From Mobula hypostoma (Eukaryota): DNA of 64,000 bases. Numbering within the stretch: the stretch's first letter is position 1; each line of letters starts with the position of its first letter. The translations under genes were made by a program, and so were the position numbers. Under the pieces are notes generated by a model, which was not told where the DNA came from, searched no databases, and saw nothing but the letters and a program-made list of their open reading frames with translations. The stretch lies in NCBI RefSeq assembly GCF_963921235.1, contig NC_086107.1, positions 109,494,001 through 109,558,000 on the forward strand, given 5' to 3'. Below, piece by piece: positions 51,411-64,000 of this stretch.

Positions 51411-52321
51411 TCATCAACACGGGAACATCTGAAGGACGTGTGGTTAACCCACTGCTGGGCTCCCTCGACCATCACAGCTGCGTGGCCAGGCACAGCTCAA
51501 ACGCCACGCACCACCGATCCGTTTGCCAAAGACGCCTGTGTTGTTGGCAGAATCTCGACGGTGACAAGGAGCAAGATAGATCGACTGGCTGAGCAGTGTC
51601 GTAATCAACAACCTCACACTCAAAACTCGGCAAGACCGAGGAACTGACTGCGGACTTCAGGAAGGGGGAGTTGGGGGAGCACACACCGGTCCTTACTGAG
51701 TAGCCAGCTGCGGAAAGGGCGACCAGCTTCAAGCTCTTGGGTGTCAGCATCCGAGGGACCTATTCCGGGCCCGACATATTGATGCGATCGCAAAGGTGGC
51801 AGGCTGACATCTAAGCTTCATCAGGAGTTTGAGGAGATTTGGTATGACTCTAGTGAATTTCTACAGATGTACCATGGAGAGCGTTCTAACTGGTTGCATC
51901 ACCGGCTGGTGTGGAGGCTCGCATACACAGGATCGGAGAGGGTTTCGGGCTCGGTAAGCTCCTCCTCCCCACCAACGAGGACACCTTCAAATGGTGGTGC
52001 CTCAGTAAAGCTGTATCCAACATTGAGGGCCCGCACCATCCAGGATATGCTTTCCTTTTATGACTGCCATCTGGAGCAGAGGTACAGGAGCCCGAGGATG
52101 CACACTCGACATTTTAGGAACAGCTTCTTCCCTTCCACCATCAGATTCCCAAACGGTCCACGAATCCATGAGCAACAAATCATCATTGCTCTTTGTCACT
52201 ATTATTTATTCATTTGTTTGTTTATTGTAACTTATACTAATTTATTTTACATCTTGTTCTGTACTGTTGCCACAAAACAACAATTTTCACAACATACATC
52301 ACTGTGCAAAAGTCTTCAAAA

Positions 52322-52620
52322 AAGGCATCCGTTAGTCTTGCGAGACCATGGATCTGCACCTGGAAAGTCTTCACTCTCCAGGGCACAGGCCTGGGCAAGG
52401 TTGTATGGAAGACCAGCTGAAATTCTCCCCTCTCCACGACACCGATGTTGTCCAAGGGAAGGGCATTAGGACCTGTACAGCTTGGTACCAGTGACGTCGC
52501 AGAGCAATGTGTGGTTAAGTGCCTTGCTAAAGGACACAACACGTTCCCTCGGCTGGGGCTCAAACTCACGACCTTCAGATCGCTAGTCCAATGCCTTAAC
52601 CACTTGGCACGTGCCCGCAC
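52322..52620 (-). mobile_element. tRNA-derived SINE, family A
   Basis: Same body as other copies; flanked by the repeat CAAAAGTCTT. Confidence 0.8.
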
Positions 52621-55544
52621 AAAAGTCTTAAAATACATAAAATTACTACAGTCCTGTACAAAAGTCTTAGACGCATATGCATATAGCTAGGGTGCCTAAG
52701 ACTTTTGCACAGGACTGTAGTAATTTTATGTATTGCACTGTACTGCTATCACAAATAAAACAAATTTTATGACATATGTGAGTGATGATAATCCTGATTC
52801 TGATATGGGTCTCTATTGTGGACTGAGGGTGAGAAGGGGGCAGGGAGAGGGAAATCATGGTTGGGAAAGAGGAAGGGAGAGGGGAGGGAGTGGGAAGCAC
52901 CAGAATTTCTAAACCGATTGTTTGGAATCAAATGACCTTGCCTGGCATCTCAGGGCTGGGTGTGTCTACACTCATGTCTAGTACGCCTTCTCTGCCACCT
53001 GTTGTACACCCCCACATGGCATCCCACCCTCGCCATTCCCAACATCCTTTGATGCTGCCAAATTTACAGACTGGCGCTCTGCTCCACATTGACAAATACA
53101 GTACCGTACAAAAAAGTTTTGGCCACCCTAGCTACATATATGTGCCAAAGTCTTCTGCATTTGCTGTGCTTACTTTGTTAATAAATTTATTTTGAACTTT
53201 GAGCTTTGATGAGGCAGAGTTGAGCAGCAAGATGATTCACTCCCACTCCTATTCAATCCACTGATGTTTGCTTCTTCATTTTTATAACACCAAAACATTT
53301 CCTTAAATAAATCATACCGGTTGTTTAAAGGTTCTCATATCATCTCCCTCCCACATCAATTGCTTCACTTACATGCTGGCCCTCAGTGACCCGTGTACAA
53401 ACGCATCATCACTAGATAATCTTGCACCATCTAACAAATACCCTGTTCTATCCACCAAAGCAGATGACATCACCCCCATTCCACTTCACGTTCCATCTGC
53501 CACACTCCCAGGAGGGTCAGACATCAGAATTCGATGCCAAGACAATTTTTGCTCACTGCGTTTGGATGTAGTTCAAAGTAAATTTTCCTATCAAAGTACA
53601 TATCTGTCACCATATACAACCCTCAGATACATTTTCTTGTGGGCACACTCAGCAAATCTATAGAATAGTAACTATAACAGGCTCAATGAAAGATCAACCA
53701 GAGTGCAGAAGACAACAAACTGTGCAAATATAAGTATAAATAAATAAGCAATAAATATCGAGAACGAGATGTAGAGTCCTTGAAATTGACTGGCATCTAT
53801 TGCCTGTCATCTTCAATTCTCCCTGAATTAGATTATGCGCCACGTGTTGGACACGTGGCCAAGTGGTTAAGGCGTTCGTCTGGTGATCTGAAAGGTCACT
53901 AGTTCGAGCCTCAGCTGTGGCAGCGTGTTTGTGCCCTTGAGCAAGGCACTTAACCACACATTGCTCTACTGTCTGTGCGAGGAGTGGTGCCCCACACAGA
54001 CTTCCAATCTGCACCTTGTACGGCATGAAAGTGCCCGACGCAGGCCTCTCATGGTCTGAGTCGACGTTCCCTTCCCGTTAGCATGATGCTGTTACGGCGC
54101 ATGGCGTTGGAACTTGGAGTTCAATCCCCAGTCTCCTCGGTAAGGACCTCCGTGAAGAATGTGTGGGTTTCCTCCGGGTGCTCTGGTTTCCTCCCACAGT
54201 CCAAGGACATACCGGGTAGGTTAATTGGTCGTTGTAAGTTGTCCCGTGAATAGGTTGCTGGGGGTTGCTGGGTGGTGTGGTTTGAAGGACAGGAAGAGCT
54301 TTTCCACCCTGTATCTCTAAATAAACTAGAAAGGCTGCTAAAGCTAACAACATCATTGGTGGGGTCTGAAGAGGCCAGACATGGTAAGGAAGACACATTC
54401 CTTTCCCTGAAGGTCATGAAGTGAACCAGATGAAACTTTTCAACTGGACTTCATTAGTTTCTTGGTTACTGTAACTTTCTATTTTCTATATTTATTTAAT
54501 TCCTTGTATTTAAATTCTCCAGCAAAACGCAAGACGCGACTGCGCGGTAACTGGAATGCTCCCACACACACACATAGCTTTTACTGCTATGGAATAAAGA
54601 CAGATGAGAGAAGGTTTACAAAACGTGAAAGATTTTCATTCACAGTCATCATCATTTTGTGCCGTGTGGTATGACGTAGGCGATCATAGTCTCATGACCA
54701 TGATTGTTGTTTGGCAAATTTTTCTACAGGATTGCTTTGTCATTGCCTTCTTCTGGGCGTTGTCTTTACAAGATGGGTGACCTCAGCCATTATCAATACT
54801 CCTCCGAGATTGTCTGCCCGGCGTCAGTGGTCACGTAACCAAGACTCGTGATGTGCACCAGCTGCTCGTACGACCATCCGCCACCTGTTCCCATGACTTC
54901 ACGTGACCCTGAAAGAAGGTACTACACCTTGCCCAAGGGTGACCAGCGGGCTAGCAGAGGGAAGGAGCATCATACACCTCCTTTGGCATAGACATATCTC
55001 CACTCGCCCCACAATGTATTTCATTATACCCTTCAATTAATAAATATACCAAAAGGATGTGATTTTTAAATGTTCATTCTAAATATTAAATGTTCACAGT
55101 ATGCAAATTACAAAAAAAACATTTAAAGTGTCGCACAGTTTTCAGGCCGTGTAAAATTTTCCTGCTCAGAGCAATGGATGTTCCATGCAGCTGCAAGAAA
55201 ATCAGAGGGAACGTTGAAGTCAGACAACATCAATGGAGGGGAATAAACAGTCGAGTTTCGGGCTGAGATCCTCCATCAGGACTGGAAAGGAAGGCGGCAG
55301 AAGCCAGGATATGAAGATATGAAGATATGAAAAGTGGGGTGCGATGGAGTACAAGCTGGCAGCTGATAGGTGATAGTTGAGGTCTGGCGAGGGGGGGAGG
55401 TGGGTGGGTGGGTGGGGCAGGCGGGATGACATGAGAAGCTGGGAGGAGGGAAACGTTCGTCATTTCCCCTCACAGATGCTGCCTGACCTGCTGAGTTGCT
55501 CCAGCATTTTGTGTTTCTCAAGGTTTCCGGCATCTGCAGAATCT

Positions 55545-55900
55545 GTTTGATGTTGCTGTGTTTGCCGAGCTTGGCGATTAGTTTGCAGACGTTTCATCAG
55601 CTGTCGAGGTGACATACTCAGTGCGGGGTTGTTGGTGTTTCTCTCTGGGTGCACTTGCCCCTGTTTGCTTGCCTCCATCCTGATTGGCTACCCCTTAAGG
55701 TGACCTTTGAACTTTATTGGCTCGCGTTTCTTTGGCTCTTAACGGCCTTGCGGATGCCGTCTATTTCGACATGTTTGTTTACGGAGTTATCAGAAGGGAA
55801 CCACGCTTCTAAAAATTCCCGTGCCTGCTTCGTGTTCACCTGCGCCAGAACCCAGTTAAAATAGCGTCCTCCTCGGTCTTCACGTACCGGATTACGTCTC
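55545..55900 (-). mobile_element. 3' end of a second Penelope-like family with a degenerate hammerhead (55584-55625)
   Basis: Minus translation FNW...AREFLEAW...SVNKHVEI (GIY-YIG C-terminus); GCA-CTGAGTA...GAAACGTC-TGC on minus. Confidence 0.6.
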
Positions 55901-56974
55901 TGTACCGCCAGTTTCTGTTCCCACAAACCAGTTGATAGTTTACGTCCTGTCCGGCCGACGAAGTTCTTGTTGCAGAGTCTCTCGTATCTGTAGTTGCTGT
56001 GGTGGGATTTGCACTCACACCTCTGGATTAGTGGTCCAGGACCCTGATTACTAACTTAGTAACCTAGGTTACACTGCTAGTCTTTATGCCACTCATGGTC
56101 ATAAAATAACAGACAAAACCAGGCCCTTGGGCCCAAATTGACTCTGTAGACTAAGATGCCCCCTAAGGGCAGGGCCGCCTCTGGACCTCCAGTCCTTGAT
56201 CTTGGTCTCTCTGGCAGACAAGAATTGCTCCATATCCCTCTATCCTATCCGCGTACCAGTCTGAGTACGTTTTAGGCGTAGCTGTTCCGCGACACTATTA
56301 CAGCTCCGGGGGGGGGGGGGGTTCCGAGTTCGGATTCCAATCCCGGAGCCTCTTTACATCCACGCCGTGGAATGCGTGGGTTTCCTCCGGGTGCTCCAGT
56401 TTCCTCCCACAGTCTAAAGACGTACCGGTGGGTAGGTTAATTGGTCATTGTAAATTGTCCCGAGATTTGAGTTAGGGTTAGAGTCATAGAGACATAGAAA
56501 AGTACAGCACAGAAATAGGCCCTTTGGCCTGTCTAGTCTGTGCCGAACCATTTAAACTGCCTAATCCTATTGATCTGCACTGGGACCACAGCCCTCCATA
56601 CCCCTCCCATCCGTATACCTATTCAAACTTCTCTTGGATGTTCAAATCGAGCTCCCTTCCACACTCTCATGACCCTCTAAGTGAAGACGTTTCCTCTCAT
56701 GTTCCACTTAAACTTTTCACCTTTCACCCTTAACCTATGACCTCTGGCTGTAGTCCCACTCGGCCTCGGTGGGAAAAGCCTGCTTGCATTAACCCTCTTT
56801 ATATCCCTTATAATTTTGTATTCCTCTATCAAATCTCCTCTCAAACTTCTACATTCCAAGGAATAAAGTCCTAACCTATTCAGTCTTTCCCTGTAACTCA
56901 GGTCATCCAAACCCAGCAACAACCTTGTTAATTTTCTCTGTACTCTTTCAACCTTATTTATATCTTTCCTGTAG

Positions 56975-57522
56975 GTCTATTTCCTGAAGAGACCGAGGTC
57001 CTTTGGAATATACAGGCCTCTCCTTCACATCTTCTACCAGTCTGTTGTCACCAGTACAGTTTTCTATGGGGTGGTGTGCTGGGGCAATGGCATCAACGCG
57101 AGTGATGCCAGCAGGCTCAATAAACTGATTGGAAAGGCTGGCTCCGTTATAGGAGTCAAACTGGACCCACTGGAGGCTGCGGTAGAACAAATGATCCTAC
57201 AGAAAATCCTGGCAATTCTGGACAATATTTCCCACCCTCTGCATGCCGCCTTGGCTGAACAAGAGGAACACTTTTAGTAATAGACTAAGACAACTGCACT
57301 GCTCCAAATAGCACTATGAGTTCATTCTTACCCTCAGCTATTAGGCTCTGTAATGAGTGAACCAATAGCTGGGGAAGTGATGACCTCCTCCCTGTTAGAC
57401 TTTTTGAGGTAACTTATTTTTTGTTCTTTCTTACTTCCATTCTAATATTTGTACTTCTGTGCATTTGTAATGCTATTGTGACACTGTAATTTCCTTTGGG
57501 ATCAATGAGTATCCATCTATCT
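56975..57522 (+). mobile_element. L2/Rex-type LINE 3' end nested in a minus-strand CR1 (56480-57860)
   Basis: VVCWGNGINASDASRLNKLIGKAGSV...HPLH; tail GGGATCAATGAGTATCCATCTATCT. Confidence 0.7.
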
Positions 57523-57971
57523 AGTAGGTGAGCAAAACTGCACACAATACTCTGAAAGGAACTCAGCAGGCCAGGCAGCATCTATGGAAAAAAGTACAGT
57601 TGATGCTTCGGGCCGAAACCCTTCGGCAGGACCCAAAACATCGACTGTACTTTTCTCCATAGATGCTGCCTGGCCTGCTGAGTTCCTCCAGCATTTTGTG
57701 TGTGTTGCTCGGGTTTCCAACACCTGCAGATTTTCTCTTGGTCACAAAACTCCAAATCTGGCCTCACCAACGTCTTATACAACTTCAACATAACATCCCA
57801 TCTCCTGTTCTTTGTACTCTGATTTATGAAGGCCAATATGCCAGGAGCTTTCTTTACAACCTGTTGGGGTCGTTGGAGCGGTATGGCTTGAAGAGCCTAC
57901 CCTGCACTGTGCCTCTAAACTAAATAAAGTAACTAATGTTGCTGTCACTTACTCAAAAAGGATGGTCTAAA

Positions 57972-58590
57972 AGAACATAGAAACATAGAAAATAGGTGCA
58001 GGAGTAGGCCATTCGGCCCTTCGAGCCTGCACCACCATTCAGTATGATCATGGCTGGTCATCCAACTCAGAACCCTGTACCAGCCTTCCCTCCATACCCC
58101 CTGATCCCTTTAGCCACAAGGGCCATATCTAACTCCCTTTTAAATATTGCCAATGAACTGGCCTCAACTGATTCCTGTGGTAGAGAATTCCACAGATTCA
58201 CCACTCTCTGTGTGAAGAAGTTTTTCCTCATCTCGGTCCTAAAAGGCTTCCCCTTTATCCTCAAACTGTGACCCCTCGTTCTGGACTTCCCCAACATCGG
58301 GAACGATCTTCCTGCATCTAGCCTGTCCAATCCCTTTAGAATTTTATACGTTTCAATCAGATCCCCCCTCAATCTTCTAAATTCCAGCAAGTATAAGCCT
58401 AGTCAATCCAGTCTTTCATCAATGAAAGTCCTGCCATCCCAGGAATCAATCTGGTGAACCTTCTTTGTACTCCCTTTATGGCAAGAATGTCTTTCCTCAG
58501 ATTAGAGGACCAAAACTGCACACAATACTCCAGATGTGGTCTCACCAAGGTCTTGTACAACTGCAGTAGTACCTCCCTGCTCCTGTACTT
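57972..58590 (-). mobile_element. CR1 LINE 3' end
   Basis: Same subfamily as 49078-49590. Confidence 0.88.
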
Positions 58591-60070
58591 TTTTAAGATC
58601 TTTTTAAGAAGCTGGAAGATTTTGAGAGGAAATTCCGGAAGATGGGATGTTGAGAGTTACCATTTGAGGAGGAATTAATTTTAAGATATAATTATCAGAT
58701 CATTTGGGGAACTCGGAGACTTGTAGGGTCAAGAGGTGTTTACAAAGGTAGGCAGAGGTGAGGCCAAAGTGGTGTTTAACCTGGTTCTAATCTGGTGACA
58801 CAGCCAGTGTAGAAGTGATTGGTAAGTGAAATTTAGGATGTGAGTGTTAGAGATCGGGACACTTGGTGCTTAGAACGGGAGAACATCAGGACCCTCTAGT
58901 GCAGAGGTGAGACTGCTGCCCTCTAGATCAACATTCTGCACCAACTTGCTGTGGTATTCATTGTCCGAATTAACGCTTCATGTAAGTAGAAGAGCTGGAG
59001 TTGGCCATTCAGCCCCTTCAGACTGTCCTGGCTTTGATCTGATTTTAGCCTCAATTCTGTTTTCTTGCCTGATCCCTGTGAACCACAACTCCCCTAAAGG
59101 ATCCCCAACCCCCAGGACGAGCCCTCTACTCATTGCTACCAGCAGAGAGAAGTACGGGAGCCTGAAGACACACGCTCAGCGATTCAGGGACAGCTTCTTC
59201 CCCTCTGCCCTCTGATTTCTGAATGAACCCGTGAACACTACCTCAGCATTTTTGCTTTCTTTTTGCAAAACTTATTTATTTTATATATATATATATTTAT
59301 TATAAATTATAGTATAGAACCTGAGTTATAAGGAAAGATTGAATAAGTTAGGACTCTGTTGCTTGGAACATGAAAGATTGAGAGGAGGTTTGACAGAGAT
59401 TTACAAAATTATGAGGGGTATAGATAGGGTAGATGCAAGCAGGCTTTTTCCACTGAGGTTGGGTGGGACTACAATCAGAGATCATGGGTTGAGGGTGAAA
59501 AGTGAAAAGTTTAAGGGGAACATGAGGGGAAACTTCTTCACTCAGAAGGTTGTGAGAGTGTGGAACGAGCTGCCAGCGCAAGTGGTGCTTGCGAGCTCTA
59601 CTTAAAGGTTTAAGAGAAGTTTGGTTAGGTACATGGACGGTAGGGGTATGGAGGGTTATGGTCCTGGTACAGGTCGATGAGAACAGGCAGCTAAATGGTT
59701 CCACACAAACTAGATAGGCTGAAGGACCTGCTTCCATGCTGTACTTTTCTGTGACCCTACAGTTTTTATGTATTGCACTGTACTGCTGCTGCAAAACAAC
59801 GTATTTCAGTGGGAATAAACCTGATTCTGTCTCTGACATGAGCCAAAAGGCAGGCAAATGGGACCAGCTGAGATGGGCATCTGGGTCAGCATGGACAAGT
59901 TGGGCCAAAGGGCCTATTCCCATGCTTCATTGATCTATGGCTGTGTAACAGCCGTCTCTACAAGTGTTGCATTGGGAAGGTCGGGTACAGGCCAAACTGA
60001 GGTGGTGGGGTCCAGGCACAGGAGCGTATCGAGGCGATTGAAGCCGATGTTTGGACATTGATTTAGGCAC

Positions 60071-60611
60071 TGGGCCTGATTGAGAACGTCAGGGTGTTGG
60101 GGCCCGATTGAGAATGTCAGGGTGTTGGGGCCTGATTGAGAACGTCAGGGTGTTGGGGCCTGATTGAGAATGTCAGGGTGTTGGGGCCCGATTGAGAACG
60201 TCAGGGTGTTGGGGCCCGATTGAGAACATCAGGGTGTTGGGGCCTGATTGAGAACGTCAGGGTGTTGGGGCCCGATTGAGAATGTCAGGGTGTTGGGGCC
60301 TGATTGAGAACGTCAGGGTGTTGGGGCCCGATTGAGAACGTCAGGGTGTTGGGGCCCGATTGAGAACGTCAGGGTGTTGGGGCCTGATTGAGAACGTCAG
60401 GGTGTTGGGGCCCGATTGAGAACGTCAGGGTGTTGGGGCCCGATTGAGAACGTCAGGGTGTTGGGGCCTGATTGAGAACATCAGGGTGTTGGGGCCCGAT
60501 TGAGAACGTCAGGGTGTTGGGGCCCGATTGAGAACGTCAGGGTGTTGGGGCCTGATTGAGAACGTCAGGGTGTTGGGGCCCGATTGAGAACGTCAGGGTG
60601 TTGGGGCCCGA
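60071..60611 (+). repeat. Homogeneous minisatellite, 28-bp unit GATTGAGAACGTCAGGGTGTTGGGGCC(C/T), ~19 copies
   Basis: Direct reading; unit starts at 60078, 60106 and onward. Confidence 0.95.
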
Positions 60612-61314
60612 GGCGAGGAACACCAGTTCAGTCCGCTGCTCCTCCACGTTGACCCAACTCTGTGCTGAACTATGGGTCTCGGACTCCCTTTGTGGACTTC
60701 AGCTCAGAACGCTATTTACTTGTCTTTATTATTCGGATGATCTGTTTTTATTTTGCTCTCTCTGCACGTTGGGTGTTCGACGGGCTTTTTTTCCCCGCGG
60801 GTTCTTTCCAGCTTCTTTGTTTTGTGGCAGCCTGTTGGGGGACGAACCTCAAGGTTGTATAATCTAAACACGGACCTTGATAACAAACGTGCTTCGAACT
60901 TTGAACTTCGAAATCACATCTCATTCTTTTTTTAAACACCATCGGGTATAAGCCCAGGAGTCAGTCCAATGCCTTTTGACAAGCTCTGGATAAAAATAAA
61001 CTGCTAGAAAACAGGAAATCCGGAATGATTTGAAGTAATTCTCTCTCGGTGACAGGCGCCACTGCCGCTGTATTTTTGGCCGTCTTTCTGTGGTATTTTT
61101 CTGGAGTGCTTGGACAGTAAGTGATGACTGATGTCTCTTCTCAGTTCCGAGCACTGGGTTAAACATTAAGCAATGCTGTTGTTTCCCTTGATCACCATCA
61201 ATCAACCATTGCTTCTCCTTCACTATAGACTGTTTCACCGCCATGGTTAAAATTAGCCAGATGCACTTGTTCTGTCAATATTTGGATTTTCACATCAGGG
61301 ATAAGTTTAAAGCT

Positions 61315-61348
<34 letters not shown>

Positions 61349-62217
61349 TTTTTGCTTATTAGGTCAGCGATTCTGTCTCTATGAGAATGGGGTCAAAGGT
61401 TCAAGGCCTGAGCCCTAAATTAATTTGGCATTCCCTGTGCGAGGCTGAGGGAGGGCTGTCTTGTCAAAAGGATTGCTCCATCATTAACATCGTAAGCCCT
61501 AAACACAAGAGATTCTGAAAATGCTGGAAACCTGGCGAACGTGGGGGCAAACAGCACAGTACAGGCCCTTTGGCCCACGATAATGTGCCTAGATGCTGGT
61601 GCAGAACCTACAATTTTGGGCATATTTTGCAAGAGCAGAACATTATCAAGGGCAATAAAACCTCACAGCTCAGGAGACCCACCGGAGATGCAAAACTCTG
61701 TGTGGAGTTTGCACGATTCTCCCTGGAACGTCGAACAATAGCACAGTGCAGGCTTTTCATCCCACAATGTTGTGCCAGCCTTTCAACCTTCTCTAAGATC
61801 AATCTAACCCTTCCCTCCTACATAATCCTCCGTTTTTCTATCATCCATGTGCCTATCTAAGAGTCTCTTAAATTCTCTGATGCTGTCTGCCTTAGCAACA
61901 CATTCCACACACTCACCACTCTCCATGTAAAAACTTACCTCTAACATCTCCCTTATCTTTTCCTGCAATCACCTTAAAATGATGCCCCCTGCTATTACCC
62001 GTTTCCACCCTCGGAAGAAGTCTCTGGCTGCTCCTTATCATCTTGTATATCAAGTCGTCGCTCATCCGCCTTCGCTCCAAAGAGGAAATCCCCCGCTCCT
62101 TCAAAGCAACACTCAAGCACACAAAGGAGGCTAGGGTGATGGGGTGGCGTAGTGAGCACAACACTCTACAGTACCAGCGGCCCGGGTTCAATTCCTGCTG
62201 CAGCCTTGTGAGGAGTT

Positions 62218-63105
62218 AGTCATAGTCATAGTCATAGTCATACTTTATTGATCCCGGGGGAAATTGGTTTTCGTTACAGTTGCACCATAAATAATTAAAT
62301 AGTAATAAAACCATAAATAATTAAATAGTAATATGTAAATTATGCTAGGAAATAAGTCCAGGACCAGCCTATTGGCTCAGGTTGTCTGACCCTCCAAGGG
62401 AGGAGTTGTAAAGTTTGATGGCCACAGGCAGGAATGACTTCCTATGACGCTCTGTGTTGCATCTCGGTGGAATGAGTCTCTGGCTGAATGTACTCCTGTG
62501 CCCACCCAGTACATTATGTAGTGGATGGGAGGCATTGACCAAGATGGCATGCAACTTGGACAGCATCCTCTTTTCAGACACCACCGTGAGAGAGACGAGT
62601 TCCATCCCCACAACATCACTGGCCTTACGAATGAGTTTGTTGATTCTGCTGGTGTCTGCTACCCTCAGCCTGCTGCCCCAGCACACAACAGCAAACATGA
62701 TAGCACTGGCCACCACAGACTCGGAGAACATCCTCAGCATCGTCTGGCAGATGTTAAAGGACCTCAGTCTCCTCAGGAAATAGAGACGGCTCTGACCCTT
62801 CTTGTAGACAGCCTCAGTGTTCTTTGACCAGTCCAGTTTATTGTCAATTCGTATCCCCGGGTATTTGTAATCCTCCACCATGTCCACACTGATTCCCTGG
62901 ATGGAAATAGGGGTCACCGGTACCTTAGCTCTGCTCAGGTCTACCACCAGCTCCTTAGTCTTTTTCACATTAAGCTGCAGATAATTCTGCTCACACCATG
63001 TGTCAAAGTTTACTACCGTAGCCCTGTACTCAGCCTCATCTCCCTTGCTGATGCATCCAACTATGGCAGAGTCATCCGAAAACTTCTGAAGATGACAAGA
63101 CTCTG
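62218..63105 (-). mobile_element. L2/Rex1-Babar-type LINE 3' end with open RT C-terminus, nested in a SINE
   Basis: LQKFSDDSAIVGCI, LQLNVKKTKELVVD, KGQSRLYFLRRLRSF, SFLPVAIKLYN; (GACTAT)n tail. SINE halves at ~62135-62217 and ~63102-63260. Confidence 0.85.
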
Positions 63106-64000
63106 TACGTTCTCCCTGTGGCTGGGTGGGTTTCCTCCGGGTGTTCCGGTTTCGCCCACAGCCCAAAGATGCACCGGTTAGTAGGTCAATTGGTCATTGT
63201 AAATTGTCCTGACATTAGGCTTGGGTTAAATTGGGGGTTGCTGAGCAACATGGATCAAAGGAGTGGAATGGCTTCAAAGGTTCAAAGGTGCAACTTAATG
63301 TCAGAGAAATGTATACAATATACATCCTGAAATGCGTTTTCTTCACAAACATCCACGGAAACAGAGAAGTGCCCCAGAGAATGAATGACAGTTAAACGTA
63401 AGAACCCCAAAGCACCCTCCCTCATCTCCCCTCCCTCCTGCGCGTAAGCGGCAGCAAGCAACAATCCCCCCTCCCCCCACCGGCAAAAAAAAGCATCAGC
63501 ACCCATCACATAGCACTCAAGCGTGAGCAAAGCAACAGTAAAGACACAGACTAGCAGTTACCCCAACGGTTTCACGTTTCACCTGGCATTCGACTGCTTA
63601 TTCTGCACTGTACCTCAATAAATAAACTCAGCATATCCCCGTCAACTCTTAACAAATTTTCATTGAAGGCGTTCTGTCGGCACACATAGCGGCCTGGTAC
63701 GGCGACTGCCCTGCACGCGACCGCGGGAAACTGCAGGCAGTCACGTTACGCGAGGGTAAATGGAAGCAGGTTTTTTCCCGCTGAGGTTGGGTGGGACTGC
63801 AACCAGAGGTCATGGGCTCAGGGTGAAAGGTCAAATGTTTAAGGGGAACACGAGGGGGGAGCTTCTTTGCTCAGAGCTTGGCAAGAGTGTGGAACGAGCC
63901 GCTGGCACAAGTGGTGCATGCAAGCTCGATTTCAACAGATCAGAGAAGTTTGGATAGGTGCATGGATGGGAGGGCTATGGTCCCGGTGCAGGTCAACGAG

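Noticed and set aside
60071..60611. CRISPR-like 28-bp direct repeats
   Set aside because: Repeats are contiguous with no spacers, there are no cas genes, and the context is vertebrate.

Overview
Eukaryotic, repeat-dominated DNA. The CR1-LINE, SINE and Penelope content is consistent with a cartilaginous fish, probably a ray (inference). Most entries in the ORF track are transposon fragments or noise. Two host genes are supported, both on +. (1) The terminal coding exon of a TMEM86 lysoplasmalogenase, probably TMEM86B (3650-4077). (2) A complete spliced neuropeptide gene whose peptide frame the ORF track misses: TATA 22393, non-coding exon ~22423-22483, coding exons 27028-27110, 34377-34514 and 36140-36308, and a probable 3'UTR exon 41285-~44160. 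It encodes a 129-aa precursor that should release a 37-aa amidated CGRP-like peptide, SCNTATCVTIRLANFLSRSGAMGSRSFIPTDIGAKAF-NH2. The gene has CALCA-type exon architecture but no recognisable calcitonin exon; a minisatellite sits in that intron. Its linkage to a TMEM86B-like gene suggests a divergent calcitonin/CGRP/amylin-family paralog. Other highlights: many minimal hammerhead-ribozyme motifs in Penelope-like elements, two Penelope insertions nested in one CR1 with target-site duplications (TSDs), a Chapaev3-like DNA transposon, two minisatellites and convergent CTCF-like motifs.
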